In this document: in pieces, positions 1 to 12,539 of the stretch
Numbering within the stretch: the stretch's first letter is position 1
Layout of the letters: every line of letters begins with the position of its first letter
Assembly (NCBI GenBank): GCA_951406725.2
Contig: OX597821.1
Location: forward strand, 48,546,001-48,610,000
DNA from: Octopus vulgaris
Lineage: Eukaryota
Length of the DNA: 64,000 nt
Direction: 5' to 3'
Translations under genes and position numbers: made by a program
Notes under the pieces: generated by a model
Seen by the model: the letters and a program-made list of their open reading frames with translations, nothing else
The model's database searches: none
What the model was told of the DNA's origin: nothing

Positions 1-86
1 ATCTTTGTCAAATGAGGAATTTATAAAGTATTGATTACCTAAACCAATCACAGGAATCTTCTACAAGGTCACTCAATATGAAAGAA
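1..86. repeat. Direct repeat copy 1 (identical to 419-504; may extend upstream of the window)
   Basis: atctttgtcaaatgagg...caatatgaaagaa is repeated exactly at 419-504. Confidence 0.9.
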
Positions 87-335
87 TTATTTGTGTTGGT
101 GGGCTCAGTACCAGGACAATGTACCAATCCACAACTCCATCCTAGTAACTGGCCATCAAAACTGCTCATCAACCTCTCTACAATGCAGACGTTACACCTT
201 GTAACTTTTGGTTGTTCCCCAAGCTGAAGTAGAACCTCATGGGGCAGTCGTTTTGAAGACAATTAAAAGATGAAGGAAGCTTTAACAAGGGTGCAGGACA
301 CCTCCATTCAGGAGGACTTCCATGGGACCTCAGCA
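87..335 (+). mobile_element. Degenerate mariner transposase 3' fragment
   Basis: Decayed QDN / PDLAP-DF-LFPKLK-like coding followed by 'gggcagtcgttttgaagac...gaggacttccatggg', typical of a mariner C-terminus. Confidence 0.5.
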
Positions 336-418
336 TATGGGAACTAAATTTGGGGAATTTACTGCATTATTTTTAGTTTCTGAGGTATCATGTCTTTCAT
401 TTCATGTTTTCTAAAGTC

Positions 419-504
419 ATCTTTGTCAAATGAGGAATTTATAAAGTATTGATTACCTAAACCAATCACAGGAATCTTCTACAAGGTCACTCAATATGAA
501 AGAA
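419..504. repeat. Direct repeat copy 2
   Basis: Identical to 1-86. Confidence 0.9.
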
Positions 505-1853
505 ATAACAACCAATTTTTATTCAAATGACACTATTTTAGAAATAATAGAAAGAGGAGTAGTAAAAATCGATGGGATGGTCATCATTGGAATTCCTACT
601 TAACCAGGGCTGATCTGGAGTTGAATATTAATAAATGATGATAAAATGGCAGAAATATTTGAGGTTGTAATAGTCATTTTGGTTCTCTATGTCCTGACAT
701 TACTTTTCATTTTTTTGGGGGGTTGATAAAGTATTAAAGATAAGCTCTCTCTCTCTCTTTCTTTCTCTCTTTCTCTCTCCTGGGATTGTGCCTGTATTTT
801 AAAGGTCTGTATTATTCTCATAGTTTCATCCAAAAAACTACATTAACTCTCAGTGGAACATTCAGCTGCTTACAGATTCATTTCGTATATAGGGATTCAG
901 TTGATTAATCAATGTAACTGATCGATGCTCCAGTAAATATAAAACAAGCTAGATCCCTCACTTCTGCCATTACCCCCACTGTATTTTGTACAGAGCCAGA
1001 TGGTTTCACACACCCATCACTCCATCTTGGCAAAACTGAAATATTTGAACTCCATACTGCAAGATATGAAACATTCTCAGCTTTACAGTACTCCCACTAC
1101 TTACAATGGTGCACAATACTTATTTATGGAAATTGTTTATTCCTTTGTAAAATTGTTAAGTTTTCTGTTTTGGCCATAAACTCAACAAAGGGCTGATGGT
1201 TTTGGACTAACATCAACTGTCTACCACACCACTGTTAACTCAAGCTACTGTGGCTCCCATGAGGCAGAAAGTCAATTACATGTTAAAGTACAACTTGCTG
1301 ATGCAACAATATTTTATTACCTGTTCACATAAAACATAGTCCAATACACCCAAACCTCATCACTAAACTAATTAAATTTGATTGATATTAAACAACTTGA
1401 ATACAAATAATGATTATCAAACTGATTACTGCAATTTCCTCTCTAAAGGCTCCACATAGCTTTTAAAAATAATGACAAATTTGAGACTAATAAAAAAATA
1501 ATGCTAATAAAAAGCTTTCAGACTTTAACCATAATGAAAAACAGACAAGTGTTGTGACTAACTTATTAATTATGTTTTATGCTAATATTATTTCTGACAA
1601 ATGTTTTAATTATTTTATAATTTTTTGTTAATTTGTCTCTAATCAGTTCAATAATTCTTCATTAAATTCTGTGACTTCGCATTCATTTTTCTACATCATC
1701 CTCAGTCTTGTCTTTCATTTGTTAAAACATTGAAGTCATGACCCACTTGCAACAGTAAACATCAACAGGAGCATTGCATATACAAGTATGTGTGTGTGTA
1801 TGTGTGTCTTGATAGCTGTGTTTGTCCACCACCACTATTTGACAAATGATATA

Positions 1854-1902
<49 letters not shown>

Positions 1903-2147
1903 TTGGAAATGGATGCGTGGCATTCAGTTAGATAATAATATAAATATATATATATATATACGTTTAAATATTTGTTGTGCAAGATTTTTTATGTGAAGTC
2001 GTGTGTTGAAACAGATATTGTTATATTTCGGAATGGTCATATTGCCAGTTTAGAGATATAAGCATGCGCAAATGAAGACATACAATAGAAATACAAAATG
2101 GCTGACGGTTAGTAAGGAGAGACACAAATAAGTGAGAATAAAACAAA

Positions 2148-2192
2148 GGACCACTGATGTGGTCACAGGAGTGTGACGAAAGAACTTTGGCC
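2148..2192 (+). ncRNA. Minimal type-I hammerhead ribozyme-like motif
   Basis: ggacca-CTGATGT-g-gtcaca(ggag)tgtgac-GAAA-gaac-TT-tggcc: stem I cca/tgg, 6-bp stem II, A9 altered. Confidence 0.6.
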
Positions 2193-2282
2193 GAAATAAG
2201 ATTAAGATTAATGTAAAAAATAAATATCAATGAAGCAAAATAACACCAAATATATAGTGCGTGTGTTTTTATTGGCTAAACT

Positions 2283-2452
2283 GGCAATATGACCATTCCG
2301 AAATATAACAATATATATATATATGTGCATATATAAGTACACGACGTCACCAACAGTAAACAACATGAAATAGGAAAACAAATGAGTTAAATATGAAAAA
2401 AAAAATGGAAAACAAGACAAGTAACACAAAGGACGATTCTTCATCAGTTGTC
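2283..2452 (-). ncRNA. Hammerhead-like motif with long stem II insert
   Basis: Minus strand: gacaa-CTGATGA-[~145 nt]-GGAA-tggtca-TA-ttgcc; near-palindromic stem III; GAAA altered to GGAA. Confidence 0.45.
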
Positions 2453-3685
2453 GGCCGTCTATCTACTCCTTATTTCGAGCAGTGAACGACAATATGAGTC
2501 TTCAAAGACAGTTGCTCCCAAAAATACCAAAAGAAAATTTTGGATTTATGGAGGGTCAAAGTTGGGAACAAAAACAGGACAGTGGAGACATACAAGGAAA
2601 CGGAACGAAAAGAAACATGGAGGGTCGTTAGACCAGAACGAGCGGAAAATAGCGCTCATGGCAAATGGATGCAGGTGAGGTTTCGCTCCAGTCTCGGAGA
2701 TGGCAATGGTTGCCACGAGATCTCATCCAATATGGTGCTGACTGCTTGTGCTGCTACGAAGTAAACACATACGGAAAATATATTAATATAACAAATTTTA
2801 AAAAATAGTAATAACATACATTAAATGAAGAGACAAAAGAAAAAGTAAGATGATTTTTTTAGGTATTTCTGTTTATTTAGAAACCTACAATGAGCAGGTC
2901 ATGTCACAGACGCTAAACTACAAATTTCACAGGGTACAACCTTAAAGTTGACACCGCTCTGCAGAAAATTTCTGTCTCGCTATTGGCTAAAAATACAGAG
3001 TTTTTTCGATCTTTAAGCCTCTTTAACGCTTTCATCCAATTTATTTCTTCTCCACAACATCATACTTTCATAGCAATGAGACTGGAAGACTACATTATAG
3101 CCATTTTTCAGATGTTTTACTTACTTTTAAAAAATGCATATTTTGTGAATGAAAAAAAGTAGATCCGAAAACACATGGTAGTGTTTAAATGAATTTGAAC
3201 AAAAACTTTGAATTTTTCATACAGGACAAAGTCTATGGTATCATAGTAAAATAAACAAAAACGTATGTTACAAGATGAATGATAAATGAAAATGGGAAAA
3301 TGAAATGAAGTTCATCATCCCCACCTCTGAGTAGCTTCATTTATACCTTTTAGTCGCTTTTTGTACTTTGTACCAGCCAGTATGTCGAACTTGTATTCCT
3401 CCAGCAAACTGCAAGTATGTTAAATGCTATGGTAATTGGTCTATGTCTAAGTCCACTTCCCAAATTTTGTATCCACTTTTAAACTTTGTTTTATGTCCCC
3501 GTTTTTCGTATTGTCCCCGCTATGTTCGCCCCTAGTGGGCAATAAAGAAACATCTTATATTTTGGTCCGTCCGGTTTCATTTTGTCATTTATATTTATAT
3601 TTTTATTCTTATTCATCCATTCGATACTCAACGACCAACTGAAATTTACCATGTAGTGCCTTACTGGATTTTACCACGAGAAAGG

Positions 3686-3784
3686 AACCCTGAGGAAGGA
3701 TATGTTTTTATACAGGGAGTTGAATTTGGATTATTGGATTATTTCCTACAGCCCCTTAAAACGTTTCTGAAACGGCCGTAGGTT
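3686..3784 (+). ncRNA. Minimal type-I hammerhead ribozyme (PLE-LTR type), intact core
   Basis: aacc-CTGAGGA-aggatatgtttt...aaaacgtttct-GAAA-cggccg-TA-ggtt; palindromic CGGCCG stem III. Confidence 0.8.
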
Positions 3785-4049
3785 TGGTCCGATCTTTTCA
3801 ATCGCATCCTTAATTTATTCTAACTATATGTTCTACTTTCATGTTACTCCTTAAATTTTCTATGTCTATATTCTTATATTTCTATATTTTTATCATCTAT
3901 GTCTTAATATAGGGATATGTACTTGCATATCGGATGACCTGATCTGAGATCGTGCTCTGGAACGAAAATAATTGCAGCGTGGAAGGTGTTTATAAGCCAT
4001 TTAAGAAACGCACAAAAACCGTTAGATTCACTTCAACATTTAAATTTAA

Positions 4050-4100
4050 TTTGCCAAAATATTTTCGTCACTTTGAAACCGCGACCTGTTCACTGACAAA
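4050..4100 (-). ncRNA. Minimal hammerhead ribozyme variant with G3-C8 core
   Basis: Minus strand: tttgtca-GTGAACA-g-gtcgc(ggtttcaaa)gtgac-GAAA-atat-TT-tggcaaa; 7-bp stem I, palindromic AAATATTT. Confidence 0.7.
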
Positions 4101-5580
4101 ATTCCGTGCTGCTTATGAGAAAATAACAGTTAGTTCATGATATATACGTACGTATGCATGTGTGTGTGTGTATCTATGTATTCAGGTACGTCGTGTACCT
4201 ATTCAGACCACGTCGATTTGATAGAGAGAGTGAGCTGATGTGCGTCACGAGCATTTATTTGATCACTATAAACAAATCATTTGTGCAGGTCGTTCGCTAA
4301 AAGCTGAACGCTCATATATCTTCTTCGGCATAATGTACATATGCATGGACATTAGCATTGACATATGTGTGTGTGTATTTATATATATGATTAAAATTTA
4401 GATTTGAAATTTAAAATTTAGCATCGAAACTGTATTTTTGGTATGTCCCTAGTAGTGTACCGGCAAACCACGTTCACCTTTCTGACAACAATTTCTATTT
4501 TTGAATTCCACACAAAATAGACGGACAGAATTTTCTATTGTTTGTTCTTATAAACTTATATTTCATCCACCCATTCCACATACTTTTACCGTTTTTGATT
4601 TCAATACTGCACAGCTTGAGATAACTGTTTCTCTCGGCTTTCTCTATTCTTGCCAATGTCACATTCATCGCAATAACATAACATTTAAAATACATCTGCA
4701 AATTCTGTATAGTCATCATTTTTAGATGTTGAACAAATTTGAATGTTCTCATTGGTAACTCTCTTTGAATTTTTACTTGATGCTAGACGTTAGCAAAAGT
4801 TAATCAATATAGAACGTTGTCTAGAAAATCTTAAGCACACAAGATACTAATATGATTTCTGTTAAAGAATCATGAAACTGTTCAGCTAAACTTTAACACT
4901 ACTATTCATTATCCTTATCAAACTAAATTTTATGTCTATTTTGTGATTTTTTTATTTGTTTGTTTTCTTGTTTCTTTTTCGTTTGTCGCCAGATAATGAT
5001 GCCAAAATAATTTTGTGAAATTACTTCTCATTTGTATGCCATAACTTGGGTAAAGTTTCATTGTCTAGTTAACTTTAAACATCTCATTCTACATTTTTAC
5101 CATGCCCCATCCTTGGACTATCTCTTAGTATTATCCTCTTTTAAAAATTCGTTTTATGATCTCAAATATCCAGGAAATTTTATGAAAAGCTATTGAAATT
5201 TAAGATATAATGAAAGAAGAAGCAAATGCCAAATCCAAGAGTCATTTATTAATGGTCAATGGTTTATCTTCTATCCCTTGTTCAGTGTTATGTCACTAGC
5301 AGAGACACCTAAACTTAAAAGGCTCAGTCTTCCTTACTGTGACTAAGATCGTAGATAGGTACAAATAATTAGTAATAACTCTAACAATTCACTATACGAA
5401 GCATTGTAAACATCATCTCAAGTAGCTAATGATGATGATGGTGACATTCTCTGTGCACCCTCTGCTCATCTTTCCTTTTCTTTTTACTTTGTCATTCCTC
5501 TGATCTCTGATTACCTCTTCATCGGAGTAAGTTGATGAGTTTCTTCAACAATGATTGGGAAATACGTCTGAAAACGAATT

Positions 5581-5758
5581 GGCGGTGATCTGGCAGAAAC
5601 GTTAGCACGCCGGGCGAAATGCGTAGCCGTATTTCGTCTGCCGTTACGTTCTGAGTTCAAATTCCGCCGAGCTCGACTTTGTCTTTCATCCTTTCGGGGT
5701 CGATAAATTAAGTACCAGTTACGCAATGGGGTCGTTATAATCGACTTAATCCCTTTGT
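5581..5758 (+). mobile_element. tRNA-derived SINE (octopus-type)
   Basis: A-box-like tggcagaaacg, B-box gagttcaaattcc, body 'gactttgcctttcatcctttcggggtcgataaattaagtaccag' found many times in this window. Confidence 0.85.
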
Positions 5759-5789
5759 ATTTTTACCTACACTGTGTTACGAAGGAATA

Positions 5790-6042
5790 ATAATCTTTTC
5801 TACTCTAGGCACAAGGCCCCAGTCGATTATATCGATCCCAGTACACAACTGGTACTTAATTTATTGGCCCCCGAAAGGATGAAAGGCAAAGTCAAGCTTG
5901 GAGGTATTCTTTGCTTTTCATCCTTTCGGGGTCGATAAATTAAGTACCAGTTACGCACTGGGGTCAGCGCAATTGACTTGATCCGTTTGTCCTTGTTTGT
6001 CCCCTCTGTGTTTAGCCCCTTGTGGGTAGTAAAGAAATAGGT
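5790..6042. mobile_element. Head-to-head pair of truncated SINE bodies
   Basis: Minus-strand SINE body (5790-5900) joined to plus-strand body (5910-6042) via 'gtcaagcttggaggtattctttg'. Confidence 0.75.
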
Positions 6043-6296
6043 AATTCTTAACGTTATTTCCTACTCTCGACTAGTAGTATTTTGTGAAAAACACCTTTTG
6101 TGGCCTGCTATTGTTGTTACTGTCGCTGCTGTTGTTGTAGCTCACTTTCACTGTTGTTGTGCATACATGGGTACAGGACGTCACTCATTGTGTAAGGAAC
6201 ATGAAATGCGAAAACAAGCGAGTTAAATACGCAAACAACGAGAGAAGAAAATGGATCTGTTAAAATGATTCATTGATGCACACTGTTGTTCATATC

Positions 6297-6379
6297 CTCC
6301 CAATGATATTGATGCATTGTTCCACATTATTCATCCTCTCGGATTTATTTTAATGCATGTATCGAAACATATGTCGGTA
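6297..6379 (+). ncRNA. Degenerate hammerhead-like motif
   Basis: CCAATGA-tattgatgcatt...aatgcatgtatc-GAAA-catatg-TC-gg; palindromic CATATG; 5' core mutated. Confidence 0.45.
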
Positions 6380-6637
6380 ATATGTTGATATAAATGATTT
6401 AAATAACATCTTGAGCGTTTGCCTCCATTTTCCATTATTCTTATGTTCTCTAAAACACTTCTCGCTTCTTTTCGAAATTAACTCCCACGCAAGTGTGATC
6501 ACGAATTCCTAGGGTGCTTATGTGACATCTGGCTACCTTGTAATTTTTCCTCTGGCTCTTTCCTATAAATTGAACATTCATATACATATATACATACATA
6601 CATATATATATGTATATATATAGACACACATACATAT

Positions 6638-6704
<67 letters not shown>

Positions 6705-6760
6705 TGTTTGTTTGTTTCCCACCTGCCTTCGTCTTTTGTCTATTTTCATAAAGCTTCCCG

Positions 6761-6795
<35 letters not shown>

Positions 6796-6796
<1 letters not shown>

Positions 6797-8084
6797 GAGG
6801 GGCGTTCAATAAGTAATGCCTCTGACCCACTTCCCATAGCAGTAGAGCAATGAAATTTGGCACAGTTATTAGTCTTTTTCTACATAAAAACCACCCAGAG
6901 TTACGCATTTCTCCCATCGTTTGATGCAGCTCTGGAGACCGTTTTTGTAGAAGACCCCAGCTTGGTCCTCCAACCACGACGTGACTTCAGAAATCAAGGC
7001 TGCATCATCTGGGAAACGATTTCCTTTCAAAAACAACTTCATGGCTGGGAAGAGGTGAAAATCAGAGGGTGCAAGGTCAGGAGAGTAGGGGGATGGGGGA
7101 GGAGTTCATAGCCGCATGCCTGTGCTTCTGATCTGGTGACACGCGAGTTGTGGACCGGAGCGTTGTCCTGCAGCAGGAGGATGCCTTTGTTGATCTTGCC
7201 TCACCTCTTGATTTTGATAGCTTCTCTTAATTTCCTCAAAAGTGAAGCATAATAGGCTCCTGTAATTGTGGTACCCTTTGCCAGGAAATCTGTCATCACT
7301 ACTCCGTCCTGGTCCCAGAAGACTGTGAGCATGACCTTACCAGCGGAGGGCTGCACCCTTGCCTTCTTTGGAGGAGGTGAGTCACGGTGCTTCCACTGCA
7401 TTGACTGGGCTTTGGTCTCTGGATCATAGTGATGGACCCAGGTTTCATCCTGTGTAATCAGACTTTTGAAAAATTTTGACTCATCTTCTTGGCACATCTC
7501 CAAATTCATCTTCGAGCACTCGACGCGTTCTTGCCTCTGGAAAGGTGTGAGCAACCTGGGAATCCATTTGGCAGACACCTTTTGCATGTGCAGATGGTCA
7601 TGAATGATAGTTTCCACAGACCCGGTATTAATCTTGACCTCATGGGCTATTTGGCGAATAGTTATGCGTCGATCTTCCAAAATGGCAGCCTCAACTTGAC
7701 GGACAGATGCCTCATCAATGGCAGAAGGGGTGACCAGATCTGGGAGCTGTTTCCACAGAGTTCCGACCATGTTTGAATTCACTATGCCAGGGTTTTACAA
7801 GGTCATATGATGGGGCATCATCACCATAAGTTACTTTCATTTCATCAAAAGTCTTCCGTGGTGTGCGTCCTTTCAAATACAAAAACCGGATCACTGCTCG
7901 CCACTCAACAGGCTCCATTTCACACTTGACTCAGTTCAAACACCTGTAAATCAGAAACCACATTTATCTCAGAGCTGTAATTTGCCACTTAATTTATAGA
8001 GATATAAATAATTGCACATGCAAAATTTCAGCTAGATCAAACAACTGCAAGTAGGTCAGAGGCATTACTTATTGAACGTCCCTC

Positions 8085-8085
<1 letters not shown>
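6796..8085 (-). mobile_element. Full-length mariner (D,D34D) transposon, defective; inserted in (TA)n
   Basis: TIRs cgaggg(g/a)cgttcaataagtaatgcctctgacc, TA flanks; ORFs 7715-7918 (HTH) and 7201-7782 (WIPRLL, QDETW); QDNA and PDLAPSDF downstream after a stop and frameshift. Confidence 0.95.
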
Positions 8086-8181
<96 letters not shown>

Positions 8182-8210
8182 CATATATGTATATATATAT
8201 ATGTATATAG

Positions 8211-8251
<41 letters not shown>

Positions 8252-8260
8252 TGTATATAG

Positions 8261-8345
<85 letters not shown>

Positions 8346-8404
8346 TGTATACACACGCATACACGTATATAGCAAATAAGTAACGAGGATGTTAAGGTAT
8401 TAAT

Positions 8405-8490
8405 TGCATTACAGCTATCTCAAGCGGCTCCATTTAATCGAACAATGGAAGCATTACATCAATTTGAAAGACACCGTCATTTTCGGATGC
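8405..8490 (-). ncRNA. Degenerate hammerhead-bearing PLE LTR remnant (homologue of 27805-27887)
   Basis: Reverse complement shares 'attgttc.attaaatggagccg.ttga' with 27805-27887 and ends GAGA-tagctg-TA-atgc. Confidence 0.4.
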
Positions 8491-8769
8491 AAAATATAGA
8501 TTTTCAACAGATAGGATACTCCATTATAATTATTAACAAATATTTCATCAAAACTAGAGAATAAAAGAATTCCATGCTGCTGTTATTGTACCAGAATAAA
8601 CTTAGAGAAATAAATACTCCAACTACAACTTTTTTATCAATCCCTTTATCACCATCAAAGTGATAAGGGGATATCACTTTGTTCGAGATAAGCTCTACAG
8701 GCACAGGTGTGCAGTCAATCGGGCTTATCCGAGATGCACGCGGAGCGATGAAACTGTTCTGCATGAACA

Positions 8770-9370
8770 GTTATTGTCACATGTAGGACGGATCTGGCTT
8801 TCGTCTGAGTCCATTGTGAAGATCGCCCAGCCTCCTTCCTTTGGCCAGGAAGGGAGGGCAATTATTCTTTGTCTGGTGGCTTTGGCAAAAGTAGTTGTGT
8901 GTCTATGGCAAAAGAGGTTGTGTGGTGGACGCGATTAAAAAGGGTTGCAGACGGGTACCCTCCTCTTTGGCGAAGGCCTCATTAACTTTTTCAGGTTCTG
9001 CCTGAAAAGGAAAGTGAGGGTGGAGAGTTAGGCTGTCACCTAGTAAGTTCCTTGAAAGGTGGGTGAATGTGGCAAGGATGGCCCGCGTGAATGAGCCTAC
9101 TCAAAGTGTGCGCCTATAGGCCGGAGGGAAAGGAGAAGAAAGAGTGCCTTCCTGAGGTGCCGTTGGTTGTAAGGGGTCCAAAGTGCGTTAGGTCTCTTTG
9201 GTCGCCTTACGGTAGAACTCCTCCATATTAGGGAAGCATATTGTTAATTTAATCTCTTTGTTCATCGTTGTATTTGTTGGCTGGTTACATGTTTAACCTC
9301 ACTGTTCCTCGTCTGTGTATCGTCCTCTATGTTTTGTGTTTGGCCCTGGTGGCCAATAAAGAAAGAATAA
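8770..9370 (+). mobile_element. Non-LTR retrotransposon 3' fragment (Tx1/L1-like)
   Basis: GC-richer decayed coding (LCLVALAKVVVCLWQKRL) ending in 'gccctggtggccaataaagaa' plus a microsatellite tail. Confidence 0.4.
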
Positions 9371-9390
9371 TAATAATAATAATAATAATA

Positions 9391-9429
<39 letters not shown>

Positions 9430-9619
9430 TATATACCAGTATGCAAATAGGAACAATTGGATTATCATAGAAGGATAGAATAGAACAAGGTGCCAAGATA
9501 GTAAGAGAGTGTGAGGGAACATTCTAACGGGCTGGAGAAATGAAAAAGTGTCCCTCAGGGTCAAATATTGCATAAAGTCTATGTTATGAGAGGCAAAAAT
9601 AATAATAATAATAATAATA

Positions 9620-9890
9620 ATCGTTTCTGCTATAGGCACAAGGCTTGAAATTTTGGGGGAGCGGGCCAGTCGATTAGATCGACACTAGTACACAACTGGT
9701 ACTTAATTGTTCGACCCCGAAAGGATGAAAGGCAAAGAATACCTCCAAGCTTGACTTTGCCTTTCATCCTTTCGGGGGCCAATAAATTAAGTACCAGTTG
9801 TGTACTGGGGTGGATCTAATTGACTGGCCCCTCCCTAAAAAAATTTGGGGCCTTGTACCTAGAGTAGAAAAGATTATTATTCCTTCGTAA
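9620..9890. mobile_element. Head-to-head SINE pair, inverted homologue of 5760-5950
   Basis: Same junction as reverse complement 'caaagaatacctccaagcttgac'. Confidence 0.75.
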
Positions 9891-9909
9891 CACAGTGTAG
9901 GTAAAAATG

Positions 9910-10240
9910 CACCAGAGTCTTTAGTCATCTGTCAAGTCACAAGGATCTCAGACAGATAATACTTTCTTTAAGATGTGCACTATGCCCAATAAGGCTGCTT
10001 TTTGCAAGACATCAATCTTGCATGGAATTTCCAGTTGCTTTAAGTAAGAAATTTTGAAGTTTCAATGGGATTGAACCCGGCTTTCCGATCACCAATGGTA
10101 TCACCCTCTCGCATTCCATACAGTCTTGCCACTTCCACTTTCAATTCGGAGTACTTGGTGATTTTTTCAACCTCTTTACCCACAACACTCATCTCATTTG
10201 TCTCTCTCTTATTCAATATGACAATATCCGTTTAATTATA
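9910..10240 (-). mobile_element. RLE-type LINE (R4/Dong-like) C-terminal fragment
   Basis: Minus-strand translation resembles DIVI...KITKYSELKVEVARL...LQKAALLG. Confidence 0.55.
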
Positions 10241-10253
10241 CTATCCATCTGAA

Positions 10254-10740
10254 AGGCGGCGAGCTGGCAAAATGGTTAAGCACGCCGAGCAAATCACTTA
10301 AAGGCTTTACGTTCAGAGTTTATATTCAAAAGGAGACGAGCTGACAGAAACGTTAGCACACCGGGCGAAATGCGTAGCCGTATTTCGTCTGCCATTACGT
10401 TCTCAGTTCAAATTCCGCCGAGGTCGACTTTGCCTTTCATCCTTTCGGGGTCGATAAATTAAGTACCTGTTACGCACTGGGGTCAATATAATCGACTTAA
10501 TCCCTTTGTATGTCCTCTCTGTGTTTAGCCCCTCGTGGGTAGTAAAGAAATAGGTATTTCGTGTGCCGTTACATTCTGAGTTCAAATTCCGCTGAGGTCG
10601 ACTTTGCCTTTCATCCTTTCGGGGACGATAAATTAAGTACCAGTTACGCACTGGGATCGATATAATCGACTTAATCCGTCTGTCTGTCCTTGTTTGTCTC
10701 CTCTGTGCTTAGCTCCTTGTGGGTAGTAAAAAAAAAAAAG
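10254..10740 (+). mobile_element. Cluster of tandem tRNA-derived SINE copies
   Basis: Partial head at 10254, full copy 10330-10552, tandem body repeat 10553-10730 with A-rich tail. Confidence 0.85.
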
Positions 10741-10871
10741 AAAAAGATATACTATCCGTCTGAAAATCATTGTCCCAGAATATCGTTACTTTTCTATTCT
10801 CCTGCATAACCTTTACTTGGTACATACTCACACCAGTACTCTGTTACTTCATATTGGAATTTATTATTATA

Positions 10872-10906
<35 letters not shown>

Positions 10907-11772
10907 GGTTGTTGTTGTTGTTGTTGTTACTGATAGTATGCGCATCACGCAATATGTGACCCTGAGGAACATTTTTTCATTTCTCTACCCCGTCAGATTG
11001 AACCCTCACACTCTCTTACTATTTTGCTTCCTTCTTGTTCTATTCTATCCGTCTATGATAATTTAATTTTTCTTTTTTGCATACTGGTATATATAAAGTC
11101 TGCCATATTTCTTTGTGTTGTATTTTTACCGAGTAAGCAGCCCCAATTCTGATTAATATTGCATAAAGGGACTGAAATATTTTCCCTCATATTGACGGGA
11201 AAATGTTTCAAGTCAAATATATCAAACAAAATTCAAACTAGCTATAGTTCTTTTTTTTTTTTTTAATCGATCACTGAATTTGCTACTCTTCAATTTAAGG
11301 TTGCTGAAAGGAGAAATATTTGAATAAAAACATTTAGCTACAAGATTTCTTGTAGAATATTCCAGTATCTGAAACACACCAAACTGTATATCTATACACG
11401 GAAGAACACAATAGAAAAAAGTTTGAAAAATATTAGTATTTTGTTGTTGCTGTTGGAAATTTACAAATATTATGTGTGTGTGTGTGTATGTGTGTGTGTG
11501 TGTGCGTGTGTGTGTGTGTATGTGTGTATGTGTGTTGCTTTTTGAACAAGTATCTAAATTTTAGTAAATGCAAAATTTATAATTTTATATTTATTATGAA
11601 AATCACATATTATACAAATTACCCATTTATTCCTGAAATTATTTTAAAATCTGGATTTTACATTTACCGATTCCATGATTCAACATCAATTCTTTATTTC
11701 ATATTTTTGATTTCCTCATGCATACACGTATATAAATACAAGCATATACGTACATACACATAGAAAGTGAGA

Positions 11773-11818
<46 letters not shown>

Positions 11819-12539
11819 TGTATGTATGTATGTATGTATACATATGCACACACATGTGTGTGCATACACTTGTGTAATTTCTCATGTTAAGCTATAGGAA
11901 ATATATATTTAAAAAATACCATTTTACATTGCAAGAATTCTATTAATGGAGAAATCAACTGTAAAATTCGCCGCATTTTAATTGTTCCACTCAGTAAATC
12001 TCTGAGAAAATTATTTGCTCTCATCGTACGTTTTTTTTTTTTTGTGTTATTTTTCGATGTTTTACATCTCAGATCACTCTGTGATTTTTGTCATGATGTT
12101 TATTATAATTTATTATAATTTTTTTGTCTTATTATTTGCCAAAACCTGAATACTTCTGCCTTTGATAGAGTCTGAAGCAGCTTAAATGTCACTGGGGCAT
12201 TATGAACCCTAAGAGTCTTGAGAGATTATTAAAATATAGAGAAGCCAAGTATAAAAATTAGTATTTTCCCTTCCACATCTATTTCTTTATTTTTTTTTAT
12301 TTGTCTTCAACAGAAAAGGTAATTAATTTGAATAAATTAATAAATAGATAACAGCTTTCCTAACTTAGCTCTGGAATAATAATTAAAACAGATATCTAAG
12401 AATTCCTTTCTCGAGCCTATATTTGGTAAAATATTTTATTTAAAATATATTTGTAGTATTTTGAGGTTATATTCACCGTTATAGTCAGCAAGTGACAATT
12501 ATTTTCTGAGTTGACCTCATTGTATAGCAAGTATATACT

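Noticed and set aside
918-1196. ~90-codon stop-free frame in unique sequence (possible host exon)
   Set aside because: No recognisable domain and no convincing splice sites; cannot be supported without RNA-seq
6450-8375. ORFs rich in YIYI/VCVC/THTH (also at 30381, 36977, 41002, 44232, 62187, 63378)
   Set aside because: Translations of (TA)n and (CA)n microsatellites, not proteins
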